A stretch of 64,000 nucleotides of DNA from an uncultured delta proteobacterium (GTDB taxonomy: Bacteria > Desulfobacterota > Zymogenia > Zymogenales > Zymogenaceae), in the NCBI GenBank assembly GCA_963735595.1, contig CAVTLK010000005.1, positions 320,001 to 384,000 on the forward strand, given 5' to 3'. Position 1 is the first letter of the stretch. Every line of letters begins with the position of its first letter. Shown one piece after another: positions 9,110 through 19,861 of this stretch. The position numbers and the translations under genes are program-made. The notes beneath the pieces are model-generated. The model saw only the letters and a list, made by a program, of their open reading frames with translations. It searched no databases and had not been told where the DNA came from.

Positions 9110-10978
9110 ATGTTTGGGAATACGGGAAAGATCATCGAGGTGAATCTTACGACGGGCGCCGTGGAGCGAAAGACCCTGCCGGAGGAATACTACAAAAAGT
9201 ACATCGGCGGCAGCGGGCTGGCGGCGAAGCTCTTCTGGGACAGGGCAAACTACACGACGGACCCGCTGGCCCCCGAGGCGATGCTCGTTTTCATGAACGG
9301 GCCGTTTGCCGGTCTCAAGATGTCCGGCGCCAGCCGCAACAGCGTTGCCGGCCGCTCTCCCCTGACCGGCGTGTGGGGCGATTCCTCCTGCGGCGGTTAT
9401 TTTGCCCCGGAGCTCAGGTACGCGGGTCTTGACGGCATCGTCATCACCGGAAAGGCCGCGGCCCCCACGCTCATTATCATCCAGGACGACAAGGTTACGC
9501 TCGAGGCCGCCGCCCCGTACTGGGGAAAAGGGATTGAATCGGTCAACACCGAGCTGAAGGCTCAATATGGGAAAGACGCCCGGACCCTTCTCATCGGCCA
9601 GGCCGGAGAAAAGCTCGTCAAGTTCGCCAATATCATGAACGAGGCCCACCATGCCTTCGGCCGCGCCGGTTTCGGGGCCGTGATGGGCTCAAAAAACCTC
9701 AAGGGCATCGTGGTCAAGGCATCAAAAAAGGAGATGACGCTCGCGGACCCGGCCGCCTACGAGAAGCTCCGCAAGGAGGTCAACCCCGCCCTGAAGGAGG
9801 CGCTGGCCGCCGTCGTGCTCAACGAGAACGGCACCGCCGCCAACCTCGAAGGCGGGATGGTCAACGGAGACGTACCGGTCAAGAACTTCTCCTCGAACTA
9901 CAACGAGGAGATGGGATCAAAGCTAACCGGCTCAGAGTTGACCGACAACTACCTTACCAAGCGCGGTGCGTGCGCGTTCTGCGCGATCGCCTGCAAGCGC
10001 GTGGCCGAGGTCAAGGATGGACCCTGGAAGACCTCCGAAGGACCGGGGCCTGAGTACGAGACGATCGCGGCATTCGGATCGCTGCTGAACTCGGCGGATC
10101 TGGCCGCCACCGTCAAGGTAAACCGCATCTGCAACGATTACGGGGTCGATACGATCACCTGCGGCATGACCATTGCCTGGGCGATGGAGGCCTTCGAGAA
10201 GGGTCACCTGACCACGGCCGATACCGACGGGACAGAAATCCACTGGGCGGACATGGAGACGGTCATTTCCACGATCGTCCCGGCCATCGCGGAGCGCAAG
10301 GGCAATCTCGGCGCGCTCCTGGCCGAGGGGAGCGTTGCCGCCGCGAAGAAGATCGGCAAGGACTCCATCGACTACACCTGCCACAGCAAGGGAATGGAAG
10401 CGCCCATGCACGACCCCCGGGGCGGCGGGCACGGGCTTGCCCTCACGTACGCCACGAGCCCCCGCGGGGCCTGCCACGTCGCCACGCCGATGCTCTTCAT
10501 GGAGATGGGCGCCTGCTACTGGCCGGAGATCGGCTTCGAGTACGAACTGGAGCCGATGACCGACGAGAACAAGCCGGAATCCGCCGTTACATCCTGGGAG
10601 ATGGGCAGCATCGAAAACAGCGCCTGCTGGTGCCAGTTTGCCGATCGCGAGATGAAGATCGACCAGTGGGTGGATCTCTTCAATACCGTGGCCGGCTACG
10701 GATGGGATACCGCCGAGATGCTCAGGGCGGGAAGGCGCGTATTCTATCTGAAGCGGCTCATCAATTCACGCTTCGGGTTGACGTCAAAGGACGACGACCT
10801 GACGCCCCGGATGCTTGAACCTGCCCGCGACGGCCAGCCCGAGGGGATCGAAGTGAACCTGGCCGGGATGAGGGAGCGGTTCTACGAGCTCGTCGGTTTT
10901 GACCCGGACAAGGGAATTCCCACCCGACAGACGCTGTCGGACTACGGCATGGCCGACGAGGCGGCGGCCGTCTGGTAG
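9110..10978 (+). CDS. Aldehyde:ferredoxin oxidoreductase (W/Mo AOR family)
   Basis: KYIGGSGLAAKL, RSPLTG, GRAGFGAVMGSKNLK, CAFCAIAC, EGPGPEYET, HDPR, RGACH motifs. Confidence 0.95.
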   Translation: MFGNTGKIIEVNLTTGAVERKTLPEEYYKKYIGGSGLAAKLFWDRANYTTDPLAPEAMLVFMNGPFAGLKMSGASRNSVAGRSPLTGVWGDSSCGGYFAPELRYAGLDGIVITGKAAAPTLIIIQDDKVTLEAAAPYWGKGIESVNTELKAQYGKDARTLLIGQAGEKLVKFANIMNEAHHAFGRAGFGAVMGSKNLKGIVVKASKKEMTLADPAAYEKLRKEVNPALKEALAAVVLNENGTAANLEGGMVNGDVPVKNFSSNYNEEMGSKLTGSELTDNYLTKRGACAFCAIACKRVAEVKDGPWKTSEGPGPEYETIAAFGSLLNSADLAATVKVNRICNDYGVDTITCGMTIAWAMEAFEKGHLTTADTDGTEIHWADMETVISTIVPAIAERKGNLGALLAEGSVAAAKKIGKDSIDYTCHSKGMEAPMHDPRGGGHGLALTYATSPRGACHVATPMLFMEMGACYWPEIGFEYELEPMTDENKPESAVTSWEMGSIENSACWCQFADREMKIDQWVDLFNTVAGYGWDTAEMLRAGRRVFYLKRLINSRFGLTSKDDDLTPRMLEPARDGQPEGIEVNLAGMRERFYELVGFDPDKGIPTRQTLSDYGMADEAAAVW

Positions 10979-10983
10979 AGAGT

Positions 10984-11205
10984 ATGCGGATAGCGATACA
11001 GCCGATCGGCCTTATCAAGAAATACGTGTCTGCCGGCGATCGGGACGTCCAGGACGGCATCACGTCGCGCGGCCTCATCGAACTATTGGGCATTCCCCGG
11101 GAGCTCAAGATGGTATCGTATGTCAACGGGAAAAAGCGGCCCCTCGACGAGCCGCTGGCCGACGGCGACCAGGTGAAGCTGGTAACGCTGCTCACGGGCG
11201 GATAA
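10984..11205 (+). CDS. MoaD/ThiS-family sulfur carrier
   Basis: 73 aa beta-grasp-like sequence ending in LTGG, directly after the AOR gene. Confidence 0.9.
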   Translation: MRIAIQPIGLIKKYVSAGDRDVQDGITSRGLIELLGIPRELKMVSYVNGKKRPLDEPLADGDQVKLVTLLTGG

Positions 11206-11215
11206 TGACACCCAC

Positions 11216-11534
11216 GTGATCTTTGTTCGCGCGGGGACCCTCATCAACCCGGAGACGTTGCGGGATACCATCGCCAATATCAAGGGAATCACGGAATTCC
11301 GGATCATCTTTACCAAGGAGGACGATAAGGACCCCTGCTCGATGGATAAGCTCCTTATCAAGATCGGGACCCCGGACTATGACGAGAAGGAGGTCGAACG
11401 GGAGGTCATCGAAGCGGCGCGCCAGGCCGTGGAAATGCGGCCCGACGTGATCTTCGTGCCCCCCCTCCGAGATATTCGACCCCAGCGCTGCCCTCACGGC
11501 GACGCGGGTGGTGGATTTGAGGCCGAAGGAGTAG
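11216..11534 (+). pseudogene. Isolated C-terminal domain of a phenylacetate-CoA-ligase-like (PaaK-type) enzyme, frameshifted in a poly-C run near 11460
   Basis: VRAGTLINPETL...EFRIIFTKED...MDKLLIKI...RPDVIFVP continues in a shifted frame as SEIFDPSAALTATRVVDLRPKE*; no N-terminal adenylation domain. Confidence 0.55.
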
Positions 11535-11804
11535 AATCGTTTCGCTCATCCAATTTACCGACACCACGGGGTGACAGGGCATCGGGCCCGTCACCCCGCT
11601 TTTTTTTCTTTCGTTGCGGGGTTGTTCCCTGGCAGATGCACAGGCCCGCGATCTACCCCACCGGCGCCGTTGCCGTAAAAAGGGTGATACGGCGCACGGC
11701 ACGATATTATTTTTTGCGCTACGGTGATAATTCAGGGCCGGCAGTATAAAAGGCCGTTTGGTGGTATAATGATTCATTGCATTTGTCAATGGTATGGAGG
11801 GACC

Positions 11805-12908
11805 ATGAAGAAAAAGCTCTTTATCCCAATTATTCTCCTGCTTTCCTTTCTGTTTGCCGTCTCGGCGTTTGCCGAAGACTGCATCCCGTTTAATCCCGAT
11901 AACTGCAAGGTCGAGCTTATCGGCGGGAACTGGAAGATTACCGACGGGAGCATGTGGCTTTTGGACTTCGCCGGCAACAAGGAAGAAGCCTACAAGGCGC
12001 TGGAGGTCATCAAGCATTACCGTTTAAACGGCCAGTGCTTCGTGGGGAGGCCGAATCCGTCCCTGGAGTACTGGCTTGTTAATGGGGCGGCCCCAACGGG
12101 AAGTATCGCTGGGGAGGACTGCATCTCCTTTAATCCCGGCAACATCCAGGTCTCTTTCGTGGGGGGGAACTGGAAGATCGTCGAGGGTAGCCACTGGATT
12201 CTTGACTTCGGACAGAATAAGGCCGAGGCGTACGAGGCCTACGATATCATCAAGAAATACGGCTTTTCAGAGATATGCTACGTGGGCAGGCCCTATCCCT
12301 CGATGACCTATTTTAAGGCGCCCGCCTTCGGCCCGATTACTCCCATCGGTCCCATAGGCCCAATAGGCCCGATAGGCCCGGTTGGACCCGTCGGCCCGGT
12401 TGGCCCGATTGGTCCAATTGGCCCGATTGGTCCGATAGGCCCGATCGCCCCGCCCGCCGAGGACTGCATCTCCCACAACGTGGATAACCTCACCGTTGAG
12501 TTTATTAATGGCTCGTTCAAGATCGTGGACGGGAGCCACTGGCTTCTGGATTTCGGGCTTAACGTGCTGGACGCCAAGCGGTCGCTTGATATCATCAAGT
12601 ACTACCGGATGGACAGCCACTGCTTCGTGGGCAGGCCCAACGCTCCCTTCGAGTATTGGCTGGTGGGCGGCGCCGCACCGATGGGTGATATTGGCGGGGA
12701 GGACTGTATCTCGTTCAACCCCAATACCATCGAGGTCAAGTATGTCTCGGGCCGCTGGAAGATCGTGGACGGGAGCCACTGGATGTTTGACTTTGACCAG
12801 AATCAGGAGAACGCCAAGAAGGCCTACAATATCATCAAGTACTACGGATTTACCAAAATCTGCTACGTAGGCAGGCCCAACGCAAAATTCATCTACCTTA
12901 AGAAATAG
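11805..12908 (+). CDS. Secreted protein with four ~70-80 aa two-Cys repeats and a central collagen-like (G-P-I/V)n linker
   Basis: Signal peptide ending AFA; four repeats EDCI...[12 protein letters not shown]...C.VGRP; GGAGG RBS. Confidence 0.85.
   Translation: MKKKLFIPIILLLSFLFAVSAFAEDCIPFNPDNCKVELIGGNWKITDGSMWLLDFAGNKEEAYKALEVIKHYRLNGQCFVGRPNPSLEYWLVNGAAPTGSIAGEDCISFNPGNIQVSFVGGNWKIVEGSHWILDFGQNKAEAYEAYDIIKKYGFSEICYVGRPYPSMTYFKAPAFGPITPIGPIGPIGPIGPVGPVGPVGPIGPIGPIGPIGPIAPPAEDCISHNVDNLTVEFINGSFKIVDGSHWLLDFGLNVLDAKRSLDIIKYYRMDSHCFVGRPNAPFEYWLVGGAAPMGDIGGEDCISFNPNTIEVKYVSGRWKIVDGSHWMFDFDQNQENAKKAYNIIKYYGFTKICYVGRPNAKFIYLKK
12330..12446 (+). repeat. In-frame 9-bp tandem repeat encoding GPI-TPI-(GP[IV])11
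   Basis: Read directly from sequence; codons vary synonymously. Confidence 0.95.
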
Positions 12909-12914
12909 GTGACA

Positions 12915-12948
12915 GGGGGGGCGGCGCGGGCCGCCCCCCTCTTTTTTA
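12915..12948 (+). terminator. Intrinsic terminator
   Basis: GGGGGGCGGC...GCCGCCCCCC hairpin followed by a T-run. Confidence 0.75.
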
Positions 12949-13059
12949 CAGCGGTCCGGCGTGTGTCCAGAGGGATAGCGAAGGGCGGGCAAGGCCGGCG
13001 TTAAAAGCAAGACACCCCCGCCGAGCCGGCGGGGGTGTCCAGTGAATATCCCTATGTGG

Positions 13060-13656
13060 TTACAGAAACCTGCTCTTGCTTGCCTTGATGACCTCGGTGG
13101 TGATGCCCTTGAGGGCCTCCATGACCTGCTGACCGCTGACGGCGACGGATAAGAACTCGGGATTGTTCCTTGGGTTAAGGGCGCCGGTCATCTCCTCGAC
13201 GGACAAAAGGTCGGTGAGGTCCCGCTTGTTATACTGCATAACAACGGGGAATACCCGGGGATCCTGGTTGTGGGCAGCCAGGATTTCGTCGAGATCGGCC
13301 CGCGAGAAGAGGTTGTCGGGCATCCTGTTCTTCTGCGAATCGGCCACAAAAACAACACCGTCGGCCCCCTTCATGACGGACCGGCGCGTTTCCTCATACC
13401 GCACCTGTCCCGGTACGGTGTAGAGCTCAAAGCGCATCTTGATCCTGCCCCTGCCGAACTGCGCGGTCAGGGAGACGTCAAAAAAATCGAAGAAGAGCGT
13501 CCGATCCTCCATCGTGTTAATGGAGACGAACCGCCCCTTGATTTCCGGCGCCAGATGAGAATGGATATAGCGGAGGTTGGTAGTCTTCCCGCCCTGGCTG
13601 GGACCAAAATAGACGATTTTCATGACCATTTCTTTTTTGGTCCAATTGATTCTCAT
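13060..13656 (-). CDS. mglA: MglA-like small GTPase
   Basis: KIVYFGPSQGGKTTNL, DRTLFFDF, LYTVPGQV.Y, GADGVVFVADSQ, QYNKRDL. Confidence 0.85.
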   Translation of the reverse strand: MRINWTKKEMVMKIVYFGPSQGGKTTNLRYIHSHLAPEIKGRFVSINTMEDRTLFFDFFDVSLTAQFGRGRIKMRFELYTVPGQVRYEETRRSVMKGADGVVFVADSQKNRMPDNLFSRADLDEILAAHNQDPRVFPVVMQYNKRDLTDLLSVEEMTGALNPRNNPEFLSVAVSGQQVMEALKGITTEVIKASKSRFL

Positions 13657-14044
13657 TGGGGCCCGTCAAAATATTAGAATAAAATATACAAAATTATACC
13701 CATATTAGACCGCTTTGTAAAATGATTTAGCGCTAAAACGAGGGGCACGGGCGTCTTTTTCGCGCCTCGTGCCCGATTGATGGTACCTTCTAAGGCTTCT
13801 GTCGATGGGGGCCGAACCGGAGATTCCCCTGCCACGGCCCGAATTGGCGACGCCGGCAATTCGGACGACGATTCAGTCCCTTCTCGTACGGCTGCCGGGA
13901 TTGCGGCGCCGCCCGACTTCTTATCGGTCGTCGCAAGCCGCCTTTTCCCGAACAAACGGGCGGTTTTTATTGACATCGATACGACCGCTCCATTATAATT
14001 CATTAGTTGACTCATCATTGATTGCCTGTTTGGGGGTCCACCCT

Positions 14045-15148
14045 ATGCGTCGAATAAACGCCGTACTGCTCGTCGGCCTTATCGTCCTTCTGGTTATCAC
14101 CGGTTGCGGCTCACCGATAATACCGGGCAGGACTAAACCCTTCGTGAACGTCTATAATGGCTGCAACTCCTATTGCACAAAGGTCGGAGTCGTCGGGCTC
14201 GCCCGGGAGATCAACAAGAAACTGGTCGAGGCGGAGTATATCGTCGGGGAACCGAAAAACCTCTCCAACTATAAAGTTATAACCGAGATCGTCTACAACC
14301 CTGCCGATGAACGGGCGGCGAAGGATATCCAGGAGACCCTGGAGGTTGGTAAGCTCATCCCGCAGCAGGATCTTACCGCCGGCGGCGTACAGGTCATCCT
14401 CGGTATGGACTCGGTCGTCGGGGCCTTTCCCACAATGGAAATCGATAACAAGATTCTGATACTCAACTCCACCAGAAAAAGGGGTCTGGCCAAGGAGATG
14501 TCCACCAACATAAATCGCGGGCTTACCAAGAAATACGATTTTTACACCTCCGACGACGCCGATCGATATTTCTATGAGACGGTGACCTACTATCCACCGT
14601 CACTGGAGGTATCGGCCAAGGAGGTCTTTGCCACTGTGGCGGTGGGCAGGATGGAGCCGGTCGAAAAACTCAAGGACATCGTCGTAGTGCTGGGGCTTGA
14701 GTTTGACCCCAGGACCAAGGAACGCCTCGGGATACCCGAAGCGGCCGAGGTCCCCGCGGTCAAGGTTGTCGTGGATAAGACCGATTTCACGCTCTTCGTC
14801 TACGATCTCTCCGGCAACCTCCTGGCCTCCTTTCCGGTCTCCATCGGCAAGAACCCCGACCTTGGCGACAAGAAACAAGCCGGAGACGATCGAACCCCCG
14901 AGGGCTCGTTTACGGTATCCGGCATCGAGGACAGCTCCGCCTGGACATTCGAAGGAAGGCCGGCCTATGGCCCGTGGTTCATCAGCCTGGCCACCCCCCC
15001 CTTCTCGGGCATCGGTATTCACGGCACCGACGAGCCGGACAAAATCGGAACGGCGGTGTCCGAGGGGTGCATCAGGATGAGAGACGAAGACCTCGAACGA
15101 CTGATGTCGTATGTCAAAGTCGGGACGATTGTGGACATCCGCCACTAA
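14045..15148 (+). CDS. Lipoprotein L,D-transpeptidase (YkuD) with N-terminal LytR_C-like domains
   Basis: Lipobox ITGC; GDDRTPEG and GIGIHGT...SEGCIRM catalytic motif; V.V.NG...GLA...T.I.Y LytR_C-like repeats. Confidence 0.85.
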   Translation: MRRINAVLLVGLIVLLVITGCGSPIIPGRTKPFVNVYNGCNSYCTKVGVVGLAREINKKLVEAEYIVGEPKNLSNYKVITEIVYNPADERAAKDIQETLEVGKLIPQQDLTAGGVQVILGMDSVVGAFPTMEIDNKILILNSTRKRGLAKEMSTNINRGLTKKYDFYTSDDADRYFYETVTYYPPSLEVSAKEVFATVAVGRMEPVEKLKDIVVVLGLEFDPRTKERLGIPEAAEVPAVKVVVDKTDFTLFVYDLSGNLLASFPVSIGKNPDLGDKKQAGDDRTPEGSFTVSGIEDSSAWTFEGRPAYGPWFISLATPPFSGIGIHGTDEPDKIGTAVSEGCIRMRDEDLERLMSYVKVGTIVDIRH

Positions 15149-15200
15149 CGACCGAACCGCAGGCGGGAGCGGTATCGCGTTACTCCCAGGAAAGGGGCCG

Positions 15201-15965
15201 ATGGGCGAAAAAAGGAACAGGGTTGTTGCGGTGATACCGGCCCGGTACGGGTCCACCCGGTTTCCCGGGAAGCTCCTCGCGACGCTTGCGGGCAGGCCCG
15301 TAATCGAATATGTCGTCAGGAGGGCGAAACTTGCCGTGTCTGTCGATCGTGTGCTGGTGGCGACCGATGACGAGCGGATCTTTGCCTGCGTAAAGGGATT
15401 CGGCGGAGAGGTCGTTATGACGTCGGCCGATCATCCCACGGGCACCGACCGGATCGGAGAGGCCGTGAGGGACATCCCGTGCGATATCGTCGTGAACGTC
15501 CAGGGGGACGAGCCGGCGGTGGACCCGGCGGCCATAGACGCTGCGGTCGCGCCGCTCCTGACGGATACGACGCTGGTGATGTCTACGCTTGCCACGCCGA
15601 TTACCGATATAGACGACCTCGTCTCCCCTCACGTGGTCAAGGTCATCACCGATATCAACGGCAATGCGCTCTATTTTTCCCGGAGCGTGCTGCCCGGTTC
15701 CCGGGAGGGGAATTACGACGTATCGTCGGGACAATACCGGTGGCACATCGGGCTGTACGTATTCAAGCGGGATTTCCTGTTGACCTTTATCGGCCTCGGC
15801 CGGACGCCGCTTGAGAAGGCCGAAAACCTCGAGCAGCTTCGCGCCCTCGAACACGGCTACCCAATCAGGGTGATAACCACCCCGTATACCGGAACGGATA
15901 TAAACACACCGCAGGACCTCGTCCGGCTCGAACGGCTTATTGCGGACGGAAAGCTGGTTTTATGA
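15201..15965 (+). CDS. kdsB: CMP-KDO synthetase
   Basis: [39 protein letters not shown]. Confidence 0.97.
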   Translation: MGEKRNRVVAVIPARYGSTRFPGKLLATLAGRPVIEYVVRRAKLAVSVDRVLVATDDERIFACVKGFGGEVVMTSADHPTGTDRIGEAVRDIPCDIVVNVQGDEPAVDPAAIDAAVAPLLTDTTLVMSTLATPITDIDDLVSPHVVKVITDINGNALYFSRSVLPGSREGNYDVSSGQYRWHIGLYVFKRDFLLTFIGLGRTPLEKAENLEQLRALEHGYPIRVITTPYTGTDINTPQDLVRLERLIADGKLVL

Positions 15966-17554
15966 GAAAAACGAAGTTTATTTTTGTCACGGGCGGCGTC
16001 CTTTCCTCCCTCGGCAAGGGACTTACCGCGGCCTCGGTGGGCGCGCTTATGGAAAGCCGGGGGCTTACGGTCACCTTCCTGAAGCTCGATCCTTATATCA
16101 ATGTCGACCCCGGCACCATGAACCCCTTTCAGCACGGAGAGGTCTTCGTTACCGACGACGGGGCCGAGACCGATCTCGACCTCGGCCACTACGAGCGGTT
16201 TACCTCGGCGGTGCTGGGCAAGGCCAACAACATCACGACCGGAAAGATCTACGATTCGGTCATCACCAAGGAGCGGCGGGGAGAATACCTGGGCGGCACG
16301 GTGCAGGTTATCCCCCACATCACCGATGAGATCAAGAATCACATCCTTTCGCTGGCCGACGGCGTGGATATAGTGATCGTGGAGGTCGGGGGAACCGTGG
16401 GCGACATCGAGAGCCTCCCCTTTCTCGAGGCGATCCGCCAGCTGCGCTGGGACCTCGGGGAACACAGCGCCCTCTATATGCACGTGACGCTGGTCCCCTA
16501 CATAAAGGCCGCCGGCGAGCTGAAGACCAAGCCGACCCAGCATTCCGTCATGAAGCTTCGGGAGATCGGTATCCAGCCGGACGTCCTGATTTGCCGCGGC
16601 GAGCAAGTGCTGTCGATGGATATCAAGAAAAAGATCGCGCTCTTCTGCAACGTGGACGTGAATGCGGTCGTATCGGCGGCGGACGTGGAGTGGATCTACG
16701 AGGTACCCCTGATGTTCAACCGGGAGGGGCTCGATGACCGGTTGATCGAAAAGCTCAATATGTGGACCAAGGCCCCCAATCTTTCGGTGTGGGAGGGAAT
16801 CGTCCATAAGCTCAAGAACCCCGCCTCCGAAGTAACAATTGCCGTGGTGGGAAAATACGTAAACCTGGTCGAATCGTATAAGAGCCTCAACGAGGCACTG
16901 GTTCACGGCGGGATTCCGAAGGGCATCAGGGTAAAACTGGATTACGTGGACGCGGAGCGGATCGAGGCCGAGGGGCCCGAAGAGCTCCTTGGAGCGGCCG
17001 ACGGAATCCTGGTGCCGGGAGGTTTCGGTTCGCGGGGGATAGAGGGGAAAGTGGCGGCGGCCCGCTACGCCCGGGAACGCAACATACCCTATTTCGGTAT
17101 TTGCCTGGGCATGCAGGTTGCCGTGGCCGAGTTCATGCGCACGCTCTGCGGGTACGAGGGCGCCAACTCCACCGAATTTGACGACAATACGAACTGCCCC
17201 ATCATCGACCTGATGCCGGATCAGAAGAACATAGATAAGCTCGGGGGCACCATGCGCCTCGGGGCATTCGAGTGCCTCCTGAAGGAGGGGACCATAGCCT
17301 ACCGGGCCTACCGGACGACGACCATCCGTGAGCGGCACCGCCACCGGTTCGAGTTCAACAACACCTACCGAACCGAGGTACAAGACAAGGGGATGGTAAT
17401 CTCGGGCGTCAACCCCCAGCGCGACCTGGTCGAGGTTATCGAGCTGCCCGATCATAAGTGGTTTCTCGGGTGCCAGTTCCACCCGGAGTTCAAGTCGCGC
17501 CCCACGGCGCCCCACCCGCTGTTCGTTGCATTTGTCGAGGCGGCGGCATCATGA
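15962..17554 (+). CDS. pyrG: CTP synthase
   Basis: [46 protein letters not shown]. Confidence 0.99.
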   Translation: MRKTKFIFVTGGVLSSLGKGLTAASVGALMESRGLTVTFLKLDPYINVDPGTMNPFQHGEVFVTDDGAETDLDLGHYERFTSAVLGKANNITTGKIYDSVITKERRGEYLGGTVQVIPHITDEIKNHILSLADGVDIVIVEVGGTVGDIESLPFLEAIRQLRWDLGEHSALYMHVTLVPYIKAAGELKTKPTQHSVMKLREIGIQPDVLICRGEQVLSMDIKKKIALFCNVDVNAVVSAADVEWIYEVPLMFNREGLDDRLIEKLNMWTKAPNLSVWEGIVHKLKNPASEVTIAVVGKYVNLVESYKSLNEALVHGGIPKGIRVKLDYVDAERIEAEGPEELLGAADGILVPGGFGSRGIEGKVAAARYARERNIPYFGICLGMQVAVAEFMRTLCGYEGANSTEFDDNTNCPIIDLMPDQKNIDKLGGTMRLGAFECLLKEGTIAYRAYRTTTIRERHRHRFEFNNTYRTEVQDKGMVISGVNPQRDLVEVIELPDHKWFLGCQFHPEFKSRPTAPHPLFVAFVEAAAS

Positions 17555-18441
17555 CTATGACGGTGAAGATCGGGCAAATCGCAATGGGGGGCGGCAGGCC
17601 CTTTGTCTTGATTGCGGGCCCGTGCGTGATCGAGACGGAGTCGATGGCGCTTGCCGTGGCAGAAGAGATCAAGCGAATCACGGACGGGCTTTCGGTGCCT
17701 TTCATCTACAAATCGTCCTACGATAAGGCCAACCGCACCAGCATAGATTCTCCCCGGGGTCCGGGGATTGAGAAGGGGCTGGCCATACTGGATAGGGTCA
17801 AGCGGGAGATCGGGGTACCGGTGCTCTCGGACGTCCATACCGTAGACGAGGTCGCCCGGGCGGCCGAGGTCCTGGACGTGATCCAGATACCGGCCTTCCT
17901 CTGCCGCCAGACGGATCTCCTGGTTGCCGCCGCCAAGACCGGCAGGCCGGTCAACGTTAAAAAAGGGCAGTTTATGGCCCCCGATGACGTATCCGGCATC
18001 GTCCAAAAGGTCAGGGGCGCCGGCAACGATTCGGTCATTATCACCGAGAGGGGGTCGTCCTTCGGGTATCACAACCTCGTGGTCGATTTTCGGTCGCTGG
18101 TCGTCATGCGAACGGAGCTGCCGATCGTAGAAGACGGCGCGCGCACGACGCTCCCGCCGGGGCGGCACCCTGCGGTGGTCTTTGACGCGACCCACAGCGT
18201 GCAGCTGCCGGGCGCCCAGGGGGCGACTACCGGCGGCGACCGGCGGTTTATCCCCTATCTGGCCCTCGGGGCGGCGGCGGTCGGGGTGGACGGTATATTT
18301 ATGGAGGTGCATCCGGACCCGCCCCGCGCGCTCTGTGACGCCACCAATCAGTTCTATCTCAAGGACCTGCCCGCGCTGCTGGGACGTCTGGCTGCCGTCG
18401 ACGTCCTTACCAAGCAGTGGGAGGAAATAGGAGTCAGCTGA
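17551..18441 (+). CDS. kdsA: KDO8P synthase
   Basis: [46 protein letters not shown] overlap with pyrG. Confidence 0.97.
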   Translation: MTMTVKIGQIAMGGGRPFVLIAGPCVIETESMALAVAEEIKRITDGLSVPFIYKSSYDKANRTSIDSPRGPGIEKGLAILDRVKREIGVPVLSDVHTVDEVARAAEVLDVIQIPAFLCRQTDLLVAAAKTGRPVNVKKGQFMAPDDVSGIVQKVRGAGNDSVIITERGSSFGYHNLVVDFRSLVVMRTELPIVEDGARTTLPPGRHPAVVFDATHSVQLPGAQGATTGGDRRFIPYLALGAAAVGVDGIFMEVHPDPPRALCDATNQFYLKDLPALLGRLAAVDVLTKQWEEIGVS

Positions 18442-18664
18442 TCGGCGGCCGCCGGGTAATCCGACGCCGGGTGCTCACGGATACGTCATAGAGCGTGAAA
18501 AGGCGTCCACGGGGCTACTATTTAATTAAGAATATCTAATTTCCGGCAATCTTTTGCTTGACAAAGGGTTGCTAATATTATACTATTTTAACTCCATGGG
18601 CTATTTTTTGTAAGTTTTGTTGGGAAAACAATAGGGGAAGTTTTAATTGTTTTCTTGAAAGGAG

Positions 18665-18991
18665 GTGAAAAACCTGATGAGGAAAGTATTAATAGCTATT
18701 ATGGTTGTGGCATTTGCGGCAACGCTGTTCGGCTGCTGTTTCATGAACGCCAAGCGAGGGATCGCGGACGCTCAGAGTGCAGTTGATCAGGCCAAAGCGA
18801 AAGGTACCATTACCTGTGCTCCTTACGAGACGGCCAGCGCCATCGCGTATCTCGGCGGCGCCAAGGAGGCTTGGGGAGATAAGGATTGGTGCATGGCGTT
18901 GGAGTGGGCCAACAAGTCCAAGAAGATGGGCGACGCAGCTCTGGCAGCTCCTCCGTGCGCAGTATCACCGTGCTTATCGATGATGGATTAA
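18665..18991 (+). CDS. DUF4398-like lipoprotein
   Basis: Lipobox FGC; helical A..A...A....AP.E...A..YL..AK pattern; GGAGG RBS; upstream TTGACA promoter at 18558. Confidence 0.7.
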   Translation: MKNLMRKVLIAIMVVAFAATLFGCCFMNAKRGIADAQSAVDQAKAKGTITCAPYETASAIAYLGGAKEAWGDKDWCMALEWANKSKKMGDAALAAPPCAVSPCLSMMD

Positions 18992-19006
18992 TGGAGGTAA
19001 TTATAA

Positions 19007-19630
19007 ATGAAGGGGAAACTCATTGTAGCAGTCCTGGCGTTTGCTGCAATGGCGCTTCTGGTGGGATGTGGAGCGGTTACCTCCGGTCCCAGCTATGATG
19101 CGCTGAATGCAGCAAAGGCCGACTTTGAGAAAGCTACGGCCCTCGGAATGAAAGGGTGTACCCCCGTGGAGTACGCTATTGCCGAGGCCGAGCTTGAGTT
19201 CGCTGAGCATAATCTCAACGAGCTTAAAATCGACACGTTTAGAGAGCACCTGGCGAAAGCCAACGAGAAAATCGGAGAGGGCGTAGACAAGCTCAAACTC
19301 TGCAAAGTCATCCTTTTTGACTTTGATAGATATGCCATCAAGCCCGTGTATTATCCTGTCCTGTATCATATGGCCGACACCATGGCTCGGTATTCCGATG
19401 TCTCCGTCGAGATCCAGGGTCATACCTGCGACATCGGCTCCGAGAAGTACAACTGCTGGCTCGGCCAGAAGCGGGCGGATGCCGTCAAAGAAACCCTCAT
19501 GATCTATGAGGTTCCTGAATCCCGGCTCTCGACCATCAGCTGGGGCGAGTATATGCCCGCCGAGAGCAACGCGACCGAAGCCGGTCGGATCAAAAACAGA
19601 CGGGTTGAGTTCGATATCGTCTACAAGTAA
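19007..19630 (+). CDS. OmpA-family peptidoglycan-binding lipoprotein with N-terminal DUF4398-like region
   Basis: Lipobox VGC; ILFDFDR, IQGHTCDIGSEKYN..LG.KRA.AV, GRIKNRRVE. Confidence 0.9.
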   Translation: MKGKLIVAVLAFAAMALLVGCGAVTSGPSYDALNAAKADFEKATALGMKGCTPVEYAIAEAELEFAEHNLNELKIDTFREHLAKANEKIGEGVDKLKLCKVILFDFDRYAIKPVYYPVLYHMADTMARYSDVSVEIQGHTCDIGSEKYNCWLGQKRADAVKETLMIYEVPESRLSTISWGEYMPAESNATEAGRIKNRRVEFDIVYK

Positions 19631-19650
19631 CCGCACCAACGATACCTGTT

Positions 19651-19690
19651 GGGGGGAAGGGGGCTAAAGCCCTTCCCCCTTTTTTTATTT
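19651..19690 (+). terminator. Intrinsic terminator
   Basis: GGGGAAGGG...CCCTTCCCC hairpin followed by a T-run. Confidence 0.85.
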
Positions 19691-19861
19691 CCGCCGCCAA
19701 TCGGCTATTCTCTCGAACGGTCAGCGGCTCATCGAACGGAACGGACGGAGGGTGGCCTCTCCGCGTCCTCATTACGATATAAATACGAGGCGGTATGCCG
19801 AAGCGGTACGGATTACTGCGACAGATAACGGCGTGACGCCGGAAAGCCCCGAGGCAAGGCG

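Noticed and set aside
12308..12598. Antisense ORF also reading GPIGPI
   Set aside because: A consequence of the near-palindromic GGCCCGAT repeat; no independent coding evidence
15857..17515. Long antisense ORFs (552 aa opposite pyrG; similar ones opposite polA, lolC/E and the HerA-like gene)
   Set aside because: Shadow ORFs typical of high-GC coding DNA; the opposite strand encodes recognisable proteins
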